Shown here: piece by piece, positions 51,893 through 62,606 of the stretch
Layout of the letters: each line of letters opens with the position of its first letter
How positions within the stretch are numbered: the first letter of the stretch is position 1
IMG/VR virus record: IMGVR_UViG_3300008113_000033
Location: 8,943-72,942 of that record
Source: a virus
Length of the DNA stretch: 64,000 bases
Direction: 5' to 3' (one strand)
Made by a program: the position numbers and the translations under genes
The notes under the pieces: generated by a model
Database searches by the model: none
The model's input: the letters and a program-made list of their open reading frames with translations, nothing else
What the model was told of the DNA's origin: nothing

Positions 51893-52384
51893 ATGGCGTT
51901 GTTTGGAGGCTCTAGAGACATATCATTATTTCGTCACATCAATAAAGAATTGATCAATAATATCATCCAGCAATCTGTTGGATATTATAAAGTAGTATTA
52001 GATAAAACTGAAGCTAATTTATATGGAGAATCACTTATTAAAACATACAATGATCCTGTTTTAGTAAATTGCTTAATTGAACGAACACCACAAACATGGA
52101 CTGAAACTGAATTTGGTACTGATGTTACTCAAGATATTACTGTACGATTTTTACGCGATATCCTTGTGGATATTAACTTAGTTCCTGAAGTTGGCGATAT
52201 TATGTTATGGCAAGAAGATTATTATGAGATATCGGGTACTATTGAAAATCAATTAGTAGTAGGTAAAGATCCATCTTATTCATATTCATCCGATACTAAT
52301 GATTTTGGTTCTAGTATATCTATTATTGTAAATGCTCAAATGGTTCGTCCTGAAAAGTTGGGTTTAGTTAAAGAACGATTATAA
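51893..52384 (+). CDS. head-closure/neck protein (gp14-like)
   Basis: NLYGES..K.Y; PEVGDI.LW.E.YYEI; position after the gp13-like gene. Confidence 0.7.
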   Translation: MALFGGSRDISLFRHINKELINNIIQQSVGYYKVVLDKTEANLYGESLIKTYNDPVLVNCLIERTPQTWTETEFGTDVTQDITVRFLRDILVDINLVPEVGDIMLWQEDYYEISGTIENQLVVGKDPSYSYSSDTNDFGSSISIIVNAQMVRPEKLGLVKERL

Positions 52385-53625
52385 TGGCTAGAGATTTAAA
52401 ACCACTTCCTAAAAACCAATCACAAGTCGTTCAAGAAGCGTTTGTTCCTTATGATAATACTATAAGTAAAACACCAAGTGATACAGTATTCTCTAAAAAC
52501 AGAGCAAAAGAAATATCATTTAAAGATAAAAAACAAAAAGATTTTTCTGTTTCATTAAAAGATCACGATGAAGTAATTAAATATTATTTTGAAAATACAA
52601 TTAAACCAACAGTAATACAGAATGGAGAACGCCTACCAGTTCCTATTATGTATGGCTCCCCAGAACGTTGGAAAACAGTCCAATCAGACGGTGGTTTACG
52701 TGATAAAAGTGGTAAATTAATGGTACCTCTTATCATGTTTAAGCGCGATACTTTAGAAAAAAATCGTTCATTAGGTAATAAATTAGATGGAAATAAAGTA
52801 CATAACTACCAACTCTTTGAGCAAAAATTCAACTCAAAAAACCAATACGATAAATTTTCATTAATAACTAACAGACAACCTTCAAAAGAGGTATATATGT
52901 CTGTTATACCTGATTATGTTACTTTAACATATTCGTGTATTATATTTACTGATTATATAGAACAAATTAATCCAATTATTGAAGCGATTAATTTCGCTTC
53001 TGATTCATATTGGGGTGATTTTTCTCGCTTTAAATTTAGAGCTAGAGTTGATCAATTTTCTACTGTAACTGAAGTAACAACAGCAGATGGTAGAGCAGTT
53101 AAATCAACATTTAATATTGTTCTAAATGGATACATTATACCTAATGTAATTAACAAACAAATTGCTAATGCGGACATGTATTATAGTACTTCACAATTGA
53201 TATTTAATTTTGAAACTACTACAGCTGATTTGGATACAGTAACATCAACTGCAACTACAGTTGCTCCTGGAGGTTCAACTACTATATTTGAAGGTGGAAG
53301 TAATATTTCATTAACAATTTTAGGTGTTGAGTTAGGAGATGCTGAATATTTAGCTATATCTAAATCTAAAACTGCAAATATAGTAACTCAAAATACAGCA
53401 ACATTCCCATTATCTACATTTGCCCAACCTCCTGCAGGTTCAACTTTACCAGCAACAACAAAAACTAATTTTGTATTTTATGCTAATGGTATTAATATAC
53501 CTAATGATTATGTAACTTCATTTATTGATAATACAAATAACACATGCACTTTAACTATAAATGTTAATGGATTAGGATATTATTTAACTGATAAAGAAAT
53601 AACAGCAATAGGTAAATTCCAATAA
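52384..53625 (+). CDS. tail completion/terminator protein (gp15-like) with C-terminal extension
   Basis: VPIMYGSPERW, PLIMFKR, PDYVTLTY..IFTDYIEQIN. Confidence 0.7.
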   Translation: MARDLKPLPKNQSQVVQEAFVPYDNTISKTPSDTVFSKNRAKEISFKDKKQKDFSVSLKDHDEVIKYYFENTIKPTVIQNGERLPVPIMYGSPERWKTVQSDGGLRDKSGKLMVPLIMFKRDTLEKNRSLGNKLDGNKVHNYQLFEQKFNSKNQYDKFSLITNRQPSKEVYMSVIPDYVTLTYSCIIFTDYIEQINPIIEAINFASDSYWGDFSRFKFRARVDQFSTVTEVTTADGRAVKSTFNIVLNGYIIPNVINKQIANADMYYSTSQLIFNFETTTADLDTVTSTATTVAPGGSTTIFEGGSNISLTILGVELGDAEYLAISKSKTANIVTQNTATFPLSTFAQPPAGSTLPATTKTNFVFYANGINIPNDYVTSFIDNTNNTCTLTINVNGLGYYLTDKEITAIGKFQ

Positions 53626-53626
53626 T

Positions 53627-53860
53627 ATGCCTCAAATTACATTAGACCAATTATTTTCTCCTTTAAAGTTAGATCCAAACGATCCATTACGACTTATTAT
53701 ATCTGGTAGCTTATATGTATCTGGTTCATCTACATTTAGACAATTAGAAGCTTCTAAACCAGCTTTGATAGTATCTGGTTCTGAAGAAATTGTTGATTCT
53801 AAAAATGTAGCTACGAGTTCACTATTTGTAAGTGGTGGATTAGACGGAGGTGGATTTTAA
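53627..53860 (+). CDS. small structural protein ending LDGGGF
   Basis: 77 aa, SGS-rich like the adjacent fibre genes. Confidence 0.65.
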   Translation: MPQITLDQLFSPLKLDPNDPLRLIISGSLYVSGSSTFRQLEASKPALIVSGSEEIVDSKNVATSSLFVSGGLDGGGF

Positions 53861-53939
53861 TCAATATTCTTTATTTTGCTAATATTTATATACAGCCCTA
53901 TATAGGTGTCTATTAGTATATACTGTTAATAATTAGCAA

Positions 53940-56204
53940 ATGTCTCAAAATATTAGGCTCAAAAGAAGTGCCGTACCTGGTCGTATTCCTAGTGTAGATC
54001 AATTAGAACTAGGAGAAATTGCATTAAACACATACGACGGTAAGCTATTTTTAAAGCAAAATGTTGATGGTACTGAACAAATAGTTAATGTTGGATATTC
54101 AGCATCATATGCTGTATCAGCATCATATGCTTTTTCATCGTCATATGCTTTATCAAGTTCATTTGCTAATTCCTCTTCATATGCATTATCTGGGTCATAT
54201 GCTTTAACAGCATCTCATGCTAATTCCTCAATCTCTTCATCATTTGCATTAACTGCATCTTATGTTCAGAATGCTATATCATCATCATTTGCTACTACAG
54301 CATCTTATGTTTTAAATTCAGGTACTTCAACTAGTTCATCGTATGCTGCTACTAGTTCATATGCTAATGATTTTACAGTTGGAGGAACATTAACAGCTCA
54401 AAAAATTGTTGTTCAAACTATTACATCATCAACAGATTATGTAACAGGATCAACAATATTTGGTTCTCAATTATCAAATACACATCAATTTACTGGTTCA
54501 GTTTCAGTAACAGGTTCATTATCAGTAGGAGGGAATTTAATTGCTACTTCATTTAGTGGATCTGGAGCTAATTTAACTGGAATTGATACTATTGAAAAGG
54601 TATTTTATGTTGCCGAAGACGGATCCGATTCAAATGATGGTAAATCATTATCATTTCCATTCAGAACAATAAAAGCAGCTACAATTGCCGCATCTGCTTC
54701 AAGATCCGCTAATCCAGGACTTCCAGTATATAGACAAAGTATTCAAGTTAAAAGTGGATATTATTCAGAAATAGCACCTATTACAGTTCCACCAAACGTA
54801 TCAATATTAGGAGATGATTTAAGATCAGTAGTAGTAGCTCCAACAACAGCAACTTCAGGTTCGAATTTATTCTTAATGAATAATGGTACCTATTGTTGGG
54901 GATTAAGATTAGAAGGATGTAAGATCGATAATTTAGAAGATCCAAGAAATGGTTTCTTCTTTGCATTTGCTCCAAGTGCATCAATTGTAACTTCACCTTA
55001 CGTTCAGAACTGTTCTGCTATTGCAACACCATCAGATAAATTTTATACACCATTAGATTCAGGATCCGCTAATCCATTAGTTGGAAACGGTCCAGGTGGT
55101 ATGATAATTGACGATTCTGTTTTAGATGGATATTCTCCACTTAAATCAATGATTGTAGATGCATACACACAGGTAGCATTTAACGGAATTGGTATATGTG
55201 TTAGAGGTAGAGGATATGGACAATTAGTATCGTTTTTTACTAACTTTTCACGTGTAGGTGTTTATTGTATTGAAGGCGGACATGCATCACTATTAAATTC
55301 AAATACTACATTCGGTGATTTTGGATTACGATCTAAAGGAAAACGAATGTTAGTTAGACCTGACATAACACCAGTATCTGCTTCAATTGATGTTTCTGGA
55401 TCTTTATTAGTAAGCTCTAATAAAACAAATATTCAAACATATATGATAAACAAACTAGTACAATCTGGTAGTTTTGCATCAACATATGTAAGTGGAAGTG
55501 GTTCTCAATATGCATCAACAATTAAAGATAGTGGATTATTAATTGATGCAATAGCAGATGATTTATTATCACCAGGTGCTGCTCGTACATCACAATTTAC
55601 TTCAGGATTATTTAAAGGACAAGATACATCATCAGGTAGTGTTTATACATTACCAATAGCATCTGGTTCTACATTTACAGAAGGAGCAATTTCAGTTATA
55701 CCACAAAATGTATCAAATGCAAGTGGATCATTAACTGGTGATTTTATATTAGCATGGCAATATATGAAAGAATATATTGTAACAGACCCATCAGGTAATT
55801 TTTCAACAATGTCTGCTGCAGCTAAAGGTAAAGTATCACAATTATTTGATGTTTTAATAACAACAATTACTCAAGTAGTAGTAAATGGAGCTGGTGCTTC
55901 ATTACTTGAAGAATTTGGTTCATTAATTACATCAACATCACACGACTTTTCATATGCTGGTGCTGGTGTTAACTTTTTAGCATTACCAATAAATCAAGGT
56001 GGTGTAGGAGAAACAAATATAGCATTAAGAGTCTACCAAGAAGATGGTGGTAGAGTTTACTATACTGCTGGTGATGAAACTGGTGATCAATATCAAGGTA
56101 ATGATTTTATTATCAGACAACAGACAGGTACCATTGAGGGTAGAACATTTAATAAATCAATATCCGCATTAATAACACCATTAAATCTAGCATTAGAAGG
56201 ATAA
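53940..56204 (+). CDS. fibre/spike protein with pectin-lyase-like beta-helix region
   Basis: N-terminal IRLKRS..P....LELGEIALNTYDGKLF fibre module; SASYA repeats; FYVAEDGSDSNDG....PFRTIKAA; SPYVQNCS. Confidence 0.75.
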   Translation: MSQNIRLKRSAVPGRIPSVDQLELGEIALNTYDGKLFLKQNVDGTEQIVNVGYSASYAVSASYAFSSSYALSSSFANSSSYALSGSYALTASHANSSISSSFALTASYVQNAISSSFATTASYVLNSGTSTSSSYAATSSYANDFTVGGTLTAQKIVVQTITSSTDYVTGSTIFGSQLSNTHQFTGSVSVTGSLSVGGNLIATSFSGSGANLTGIDTIEKVFYVAEDGSDSNDGKSLSFPFRTIKAATIAASASRSANPGLPVYRQSIQVKSGYYSEIAPITVPPNVSILGDDLRSVVVAPTTATSGSNLFLMNNGTYCWGLRLEGCKIDNLEDPRNGFFFAFAPSASIVTSPYVQNCSAIATPSDKFYTPLDSGSANPLVGNGPGGMIIDDSVLDGYSPLKSMIVDAYTQVAFNGIGICVRGRGYGQLVSFFTNFSRVGVYCIEGGHASLLNSNTTFGDFGLRSKGKRMLVRPDITPVSASIDVSGSLLVSSNKTNIQTYMINKLVQSGSFASTYVSGSGSQYASTIKDSGLLIDAIADDLLSPGAARTSQFTSGLFKGQDTSSGSVYTLPIASGSTFTEGAISVIPQNVSNASGSLTGDFILAWQYMKEYIVTDPSGNFSTMSAAAKGKVSQLFDVLITTITQVVVNGAGASLLEEFGSLITSTSHDFSYAGAGVNFLALPINQGGVGETNIALRVYQEDGGRVYYTAGDETGDQYQGNDFIIRQQTGTIEGRTFNKSISALITPLNLALEG

Positions 56205-56219
56205 ATAAATAACAAAAAT

Positions 56220-56558
56220 ATGGCATTACCTTTAAATAAATTCCGATTAATAACAGCAAAATTAGTTTCTGGCAGTAATACAATATACCAAGAAAATATA
56301 GATGTAGCAACTATCTTATTATCTTGTCAAATTACTAATGTCACAAGTTCAATCCAAACATGTGATGTAGCTATTCGAAAAAGTGGTTCTGCTGCTGAGA
56401 TAAATTTACTAAAAAACGGTATAATTCCTATAGATGAATCATTGAATCCATTAGCTGGTAAGATTGTATTAGAAAAAAATGATGCATTTGTTGTTAAAAC
56501 ATCTGTTAGCGGTAGCTTAGATGTAGTATTATCTGTTCTTGAGAACGCAATTAACTAA
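56220..56558 (+). CDS. small beta-rich fibre-associated protein
   Basis: 112-aa ORF between fibre genes (GKIVLEKND..SLDVVLSVLE). Confidence 0.7.
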   Translation: MALPLNKFRLITAKLVSGSNTIYQENIDVATILLSCQITNVTSSIQTCDVAIRKSGSAAEINLLKNGIIPIDESLNPLAGKIVLEKNDAFVVKTSVSGSLDVVLSVLENAIN

Positions 56559-56567
56559 GAGTAAAAT

Positions 56568-59500
56568 ATGTCAAAGATAGTAGGAAGAAAACCGATAGAA
56601 CTAAAAATATCCGATCAATTAAACGGATATATACCTGTATATAATAGTTCTTCTCGATTATGGGGTACTATAAGTAAAAATGATTTTATTACAGGTAGTG
56701 CTATTACTAGTGGTTCTAACTTATTTATAGGTAATCAAACAATATCTGGTTCTCTTATAGTTACTCAGGGTATTACTGGTAGCTTATTCGGTACTGCTTC
56801 TTATGCTGATAATGCATGGGCAATCGGAGGTAATACTTTTACTGGTGGTGATTCAAGTAGAATATTAGGTACATTATCTAATCATAATTTATCAATTTTT
56901 GTTAGTGGTTCTAGAGTAGCTACATTTACTAATTCTGGTAGTTTATTAATTTCCCCTAATTTACCTAATAACTTAAATGATGAGAAACTTTTAATTGATG
57001 TTGGTGTAACAACAACACGTAGTATAATACGAGCTTTATCTAGTATTAATAACTATTCTCAGTTTGAAATTTCAAATCAAAGTACAGGATCTAATGCATC
57101 ATCTGATATAGTTGCTACCGCAAATAATGGCGGTGAAACAACTAACTATATTGATATGGGTATTAATAGCAGTACATTTACAGGAGATGTAGGTGATGCT
57201 AATGATGCTTATTTATACTCTACTGGTAACGACTTACATATAGGTAATGCGTCAAATTACCCTGTACAATTCTTTGCCGGTGGTATTGACAATAACGCTA
57301 ATAGAAAATTTCAACTAAATCCAAACAATCTACACCAAATGACTGGTAGTTTGGATGTTAGTGGTAGTGTTGTTGCTCGTTCATTTACAGGTTCATTACA
57401 AGGAACATCATCCTACGCATTAACTGCTAGCTATGCTGATAACTTTACTGTAGCTGGCACTTTAACTGCACAAACTATTGTTGCTCAAACAATAACTTCA
57501 TCAACTGAATTTATAACAGGCAGTACTAAAAACGGATCATTACTATCTAATACACACCAATTTACAGGTTCAGTTTCAGTAACGGGTTCTTTAGAAGTAA
57601 ATGGATCGAACGCTGTATTAACTAATCAGACAGGTTCAATGTCTGTTGCTACAGCATCGTATGTACTTCAAGCACAATCAGCTTCATACTGGTCTGGATC
57701 TATTATAAATGCAGCAACTGCTTCATATGTACTTCAAGCTCAATCAGCTTCATATTGGTCAGGTAGTATAATAAATGCGGCTACAGCATCATATGTTTTA
57801 CAAGCTATAAGTGCTTCATATGCAATTACTGCATCATATGCAGAAACAGCTAGTAACGCTCCTAATTATTTACCATTAGCAGGAGGTACTATGACTGGCG
57901 ACATATATGCTGCTGGTAGAAGTTTTACATTCCAAGATTTATTACTTGGAGCAGGTACAACATTTGGAAAAATTACTACAGATGGTAGTAAGTATATTTC
58001 TATTATGCCAACCTACAATGTTGAATCAGCTAGATTTTGGTCAAATGGTAATGTAACTATTCAAGATGCGGGAACATATGTAGATAATGGATTTAGATTA
58101 GATGTAAGTGGATCAGGTAGATTTACTGATGGATTAACAGTAACAGGTTCTTTACAGGCAATTAGTGGCATTACAGGTTCATTATTAGGAACAGCTTCTC
58201 AAGCATTAACGGCGTCATCAGCCGATAACTTTACAGTTAGAGGTACTTTAACAGCACAAACAATTATTGCGCAGACAATAACTTCATCTACTGAATTTAT
58301 TACTGGCTCTACTAAATTTGGTTCACTATCAACTAATATACATCAATTTACTGGATCAGTTGGTATAACAGGATCATTAAATGTAAATGGAAGTGATTAT
58401 ATTACCACATCAGGTAGTGCATCAACACGTTTAACCGCATTAGAAACATTTAGTGGATCATATAGTACAGGATCATTTACAGGTTCATTTATTGGTCGTC
58501 ATACTGGTTCATTCTCAGGTTCATTATATAACTTACAAAATACTGTTTTAGGTCACATTCCATTCTTTAGTTCATCACAAGTACTAGCAGATAGTATTGT
58601 ACGACAATTAGATAATGGAAGTGGAAGTTATAGTATTGTTATTAATCAAGATAATATTACTACTACTGCTCCTGAAGCATTATATGTGTATCAACCATCA
58701 GCTACATCATATAATGTAATATCAGGTAAAGGTAATTTAAATAACTACCTACAATTAAATATTCAAAATACCAATACAGGAGTAAGTGCTTCTTCTGATG
58801 TAGTTGCTACCGCAAATAATGGTAATGAAACTACCAACTATATTGATATGGGTATCAATAGTGAAGGATTTACCGGACTTGTTGGTGATGCAAACGATGC
58901 ATACTTATATTCTACTGGTAATGATTTACATATTGGTAATGCATCAAACTTCCCAATTCAATTCTTTGCTGGTGGACTAGATAATAATGCAAATAAAAAA
59001 TTCCAATTAAATCCAAACAATCTACACCAAATGACTGGTAGTTTGGATGTTAGTGGTAGTATAGTTGCTCGTTCATTTACTGGATCTTTACAAGGTACAG
59101 CATCAGTAGCTGTATCTGCTTCATTTGCTACTACTGCTTCTTATGCTGTAACTGCATCTTTAGCTATAAATGCTAATAATGCTACTAATGCAGCTACTGC
59201 ATCATATGTACTTCAAGCACAATCAGCTTCATATTGGTCTGGAAGTATTATAAATGCGGCAACAGCATCTTATGTATTAAATGCACAGAGCGCCTCATAT
59301 TGGTCTGGAAGTATTATAAATGCTGCAACAGCATCTTATGTATTACAAGCTATAAGTGCATCATTTGCTACTAGTGCTTCATATTGGAGTGGTAGTATTG
59401 TAAATGCAGCTAGTGCTTCTTATGTTTTACAAGCTGTAAGTGCATCATATGCTACAAGTGCATCATTTGTTGCTGGTATATCTGACGGAACAGCATCATT

Positions 59501-62500
59501 AGCAAATACAGCATCATACGCAATATCAGCATCATATGCTGCGACTGCATCATCTGCTAATGATTTTCTAGTACGAGGTACATTAACTGCACAAACAATA
59601 ATAGCACAAACAATAACATCATCAATTGATTTTGTTACTGGCTCTACTCGTTTTGGAACTACAACTGATAACACACATCAATTTACTGGTTCCGTTTCAA
59701 TATCTGGTTCATTAGCTGTAAATGGAGTTGATTATGCTGCTACATCAGCATCGTTTGATACTAGAATATTAAATAATAGCGGATCAATTGCTCAATTATC
59801 AGGTAGTTATTTAGCATCATCTGCTTCATTCGACACTAGAATATTAAATAATAGTGGATCTGTTGCTCAATTATCAGGTAGTTATTTAGCTAGCAGTGCA
59901 TCATTCGTAACTCGTATTGCTAATAATAGTGCTAGTATTGCTCAATTATCAGGTAGTTATTTAGCATCATCTGCATCATTCGATACTCGAATTAATGTAA
60001 TATCAAGTAGCTATGCAACTACTGGTTCAAATAGATTTATTGGAAACCAAATAATAACAGGATCATTTGCTGTTTCTGGTTCTACTATACAAATTGGAAA
60101 TAATACAGTATTAGGTAATACAACATTAACAGGATCGATTACAGTTTCGGGTCCACTACGATTAGACCCAACAATAGATCCTGGCCAAATCAGTAATACA
60201 TCATCATTTTTATACACCTCAGCATCAAATACTGCTACTGGATATGATTTATATTACAGACAAGGTGAAAATAAGGTCAAATTTAAATGGTTCGAAGGAG
60301 TATTAAATACTGGTATATTATATGGTGGTATTTTAACATATTCAGCTAGTAACTTCTACGTATCATCAGGTTCAGGTATTATAGTAAATCATAATGCTAC
60401 TACAGGTTCAGAAATATCACCTACAATAACTTACGTTAATTGGGCTGCTTCATCACATAGTATTGCTACTCCAAGTGCTCAAAACACATATGTTTTTATT
60501 GATGCTAATGGTGTTTTACAACAACAAAATGCATTCTTTACCCCAGAACAATATCACGAAGCTTTACCAATAGGTAGAGTATCACATTATGGTTCTACAG
60601 GTTCATTAGTTACTGGTGTAGGCAATAATATGCTTACATCATATGATGTTCCTCAACAATTAGGTGAATTTGCAAGAGCATTCGGTCCATTAAAGATAAG
60701 TGGATTTACAATTACTCCACAAGTTGGTAATTTAAGTCTTAATATTGGATCAGGAACTGCATTTAATTTAGGTGGATATTATCAAAATACACCTGATTTA
60801 CCTAGTTCATATAACTCTAACACATACTTAACATCAAGTATCATTAGATTATACCGTTCAGGTTCTGGATTTCAATTCGATAATAATGGAGGATCATATT
60901 ACACTAGTGTAGATCCAACACTTTACGATAACGGAACAGGAACATTAGCTACAGTAGGAAATGGTAACTGGTCGATTCAACGTGTATTTGTAAATCCAAT
61001 AACTGGTAGATCACACGTTTATTATGGTCAATCAACTTATACTACTTATTTAAGTGCTGTTTCATCTGTAGCAACAGATGACTTTGTAGAAAGTGAAGTA
61101 ACTAAAAACGCATATGTGTTTGCTGGTTACTTGGTAATGAATGGAAATGCTTCAAATAATGATTTATCAGTAAGCGATCCAACAAATGCAATTATTCAAG
61201 CTGGTCTATTTAGAAACTCAGTAGGAGGTTCTGGTGGAGCTACTACTGCTGTATCTGAATTAAATGATTTATCTGATGTAAACATTTCCTCACCATCAAA
61301 TGGACAGGCACTGATTTACAGTACTGGAACGTGGATAAATGGAACACCAATATCATCATCATATGCTGCAACTGCATCATTTGTTAATGGTATATCTAAT
61401 GGTACTGCATCATACGCAAATACAGCATCATTTGCTCTAACAGCATCTTATTTATTAGGACAGTCACTTACAGCATCATTTGCTCTAACAGCATCGTATG
61501 TAGAAAACGCACAAAGTGCTTCATATTGGTCTGGATCAATTATAAATGCTACTTCAGCATCATATGCTGCAACTGCTAGTTATGCAAATAATCTTACAGT
61601 AGGTGGTACTTTAACAGCACAAACGATTGTAGCACAAACAATAACTTCATCAATTGAATTTATTACTGGTTCTACGCGTAATGGTAGTTTACTAACAAAT
61701 ACACATGAATTTACTGGTTCAGTTTTAATAACAGGATCATTAACAGTAAACGGATCTGATGCAATTTTAACAAATCAGACATCATCAATGTCTGTTGCTA
61801 CTGCATCATTTGTAACTTTAGCTCAAACAGCTAGTTATGTAGAAAATGCACAAACAGCATCATATGTAACACAAGCACAATCAGCTTCATATTGGTCTGG
61901 CTCAATTATAAATGCTGCTACTGCGTCTTACGTATTACAAGCACAATCTGCTTCATACTGGTCAGGCTCGATTTTAAATGCTACATCAGCATCTTATGCT
62001 AATAATGCAACTTCAGCATCGTATGCTTTAAATGCTACTTCAGCATCATACTCATTAACTGCATCGTATGCTGCTAATGTACCTGAAACCTCATCATATG
62101 CTTTAGTTGCTAATTCTTCATCATATGCGTTAACGGCATCATATGCGGCCAATGTACCTGAAACAGCATCATATGCTTTATTTGCCAACACAGCATCGTT
62201 TGCTCTAACTGCATCTTATATTTCAGGTAGTGTATCTGGTTTTCCATTCTCTGGATCTGCATTAATAACTGGTTCATTAATTGTATCACAATCATTCGTT
62301 GATTTTACAAAAGCAACATATGTAACTGGTTCGTTTACTGGTTCATTAAGTGGTACTGCTACAACTGCATCATATGCATCGTATGCATTGTATGCTGGTA
62401 ATTCACCAGGTGCAACAGTAACAATGACCCAATCAGTAGCTGCTACAACGTGGTCATTTACGCATAATCTCAACACGAGAAATCCATTACTACAAGTATA

Positions 62501-62606
62501 CGATAGCAACAATTACCAAATTATTCCTTCTGAAATTTTTGGATCAGATCCAAACCAAGCATTGATTTACTTCGATACAGCAGAATCAGGATACGCAGTT
62601 GCTTAA
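56568..62606 (+). CDS. 2012-aa repetitive fibre protein (probably truncated by a frameshift)
   Basis: Repeated TASYVLQAQSASYWSGSIINAA and TLTAQTI.AQTITSS..F.TGST..THQFTGS units; duplicated about 120-aa domain; homology continues in another frame after the stop. Confidence 0.8.
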   Translation: MSKIVGRKPIELKISDQLNGYIPVYNSSSRLWGTISKNDFITGSAITSGSNLFIGNQTISGSLIVTQGITGSLFGTASYADNAWAIGGNTFTGGDSSRILGTLSNHNLSIFVSGSRVATFTNSGSLLISPNLPNNLNDEKLLIDVGVTTTRSIIRALSSINNYSQFEISNQSTGSNASSDIVATANNGGETTNYIDMGINSSTFTGDVGDANDAYLYSTGNDLHIGNASNYPVQFFAGGIDNNANRKFQLNPNNLHQMTGSLDVSGSVVARSFTGSLQGTSSYALTASYADNFTVAGTLTAQTIVAQTITSSTEFITGSTKNGSLLSNTHQFTGSVSVTGSLEVNGSNAVLTNQTGSMSVATASYVLQAQSASYWSGSIINAATASYVLQAQSASYWSGSIINAATASYVLQAISASYAITASYAETASNAPNYLPLAGGTMTGDIYAAGRSFTFQDLLLGAGTTFGKITTDGSKYISIMPTYNVESARFWSNGNVTIQDAGTYVDNGFRLDVSGSGRFTDGLTVTGSLQAISGITGSLLGTASQALTASSADNFTVRGTLTAQTIIAQTITSSTEFITGSTKFGSLSTNIHQFTGSVGITGSLNVNGSDYITTSGSASTRLTALETFSGSYSTGSFTGSFIGRHTGSFSGSLYNLQNTVLGHIPFFSSSQVLADSIVRQLDNGSGSYSIVINQDNITTTAPEALYVYQPSATSYNVISGKGNLNNYLQLNIQNTNTGVSASSDVVATANNGNETTNYIDMGINSEGFTGLVGDANDAYLYSTGNDLHIGNASNFPIQFFAGGLDNNANKKFQLNPNNLHQMTGSLDVSGSIVARSFTGSLQGTASVAVSASFATTASYAVTASLAINANNATNAATASYVLQAQSASYWSGSIINAATASYVLNAQSASYWSGSIINAATASYVLQAISASFATSASYWSGSIVNAASASYVLQAVSASYATSASFVAGISDGTASLANTASYAISASYAATASSANDFLVRGTLTAQTIIAQTITSSIDFVTGSTRFGTTTDNTHQFTGSVSISGSLAVNGVDYAATSASFDTRILNNSGSIAQLSGSYLASSASFDTRILNNSGSVAQLSGSYLASSASFVTRIANNSASIAQLSGSYLASSASFDTRINVISSSYATTGSNRFIGNQIITGSFAVSGSTIQIGNNTVLGNTTLTGSITVSGPLRLDPTIDPGQISNTSSFLYTSASNTATGYDLYYRQGENKVKFKWFEGVLNTGILYGGILTYSASNFYVSSGSGIIVNHNATTGSEISPTITYVNWAASSHSIATPSAQNTYVFIDANGVLQQQNAFFTPEQYHEALPIGRVSHYGSTGSLVTGVGNNMLTSYDVPQQLGEFARAFGPLKISGFTITPQVGNLSLNIGSGTAFNLGGYYQNTPDLPSSYNSNTYLTSSIIRLYRSGSGFQFDNNGGSYYTSVDPTLYDNGTGTLATVGNGNWSIQRVFVNPITGRSHVYYGQSTYTTYLSAVSSVATDDFVESEVTKNAYVFAGYLVMNGNASNNDLSVSDPTNAIIQAGLFRNSVGGSGGATTAVSELNDLSDVNISSPSNGQALIYSTGTWINGTPISSSYAATASFVNGISNGTASYANTASFALTASYLLGQSLTASFALTASYVENAQSASYWSGSIINATSASYAATASYANNLTVGGTLTAQTIVAQTITSSIEFITGSTRNGSLLTNTHEFTGSVLITGSLTVNGSDAILTNQTSSMSVATASFVTLAQTASYVENAQTASYVTQAQSASYWSGSIINAATASYVLQAQSASYWSGSILNATSASYANNATSASYALNATSASYSLTASYAANVPETSSYALVANSSSYALTASYAANVPETASYALFANTASFALTASYISGSVSGFPFSGSALITGSLIVSQSFVDFTKATYVTGSFTGSLSGTATTASYASYALYAGNSPGATVTMTQSVAATTWSFTHNLNTRNPLLQVYDSNNYQIIPSEIFGSDPNQALIYFDTAESGYAVA

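Noticed and set aside
57048-59100. Diversity-generating retroelement TR/VR pair
   Set aside because: Both copies are in frame within one gene, the differences are mostly synonymous rather than adenine-specific, and no reverse transcriptase is present in the window
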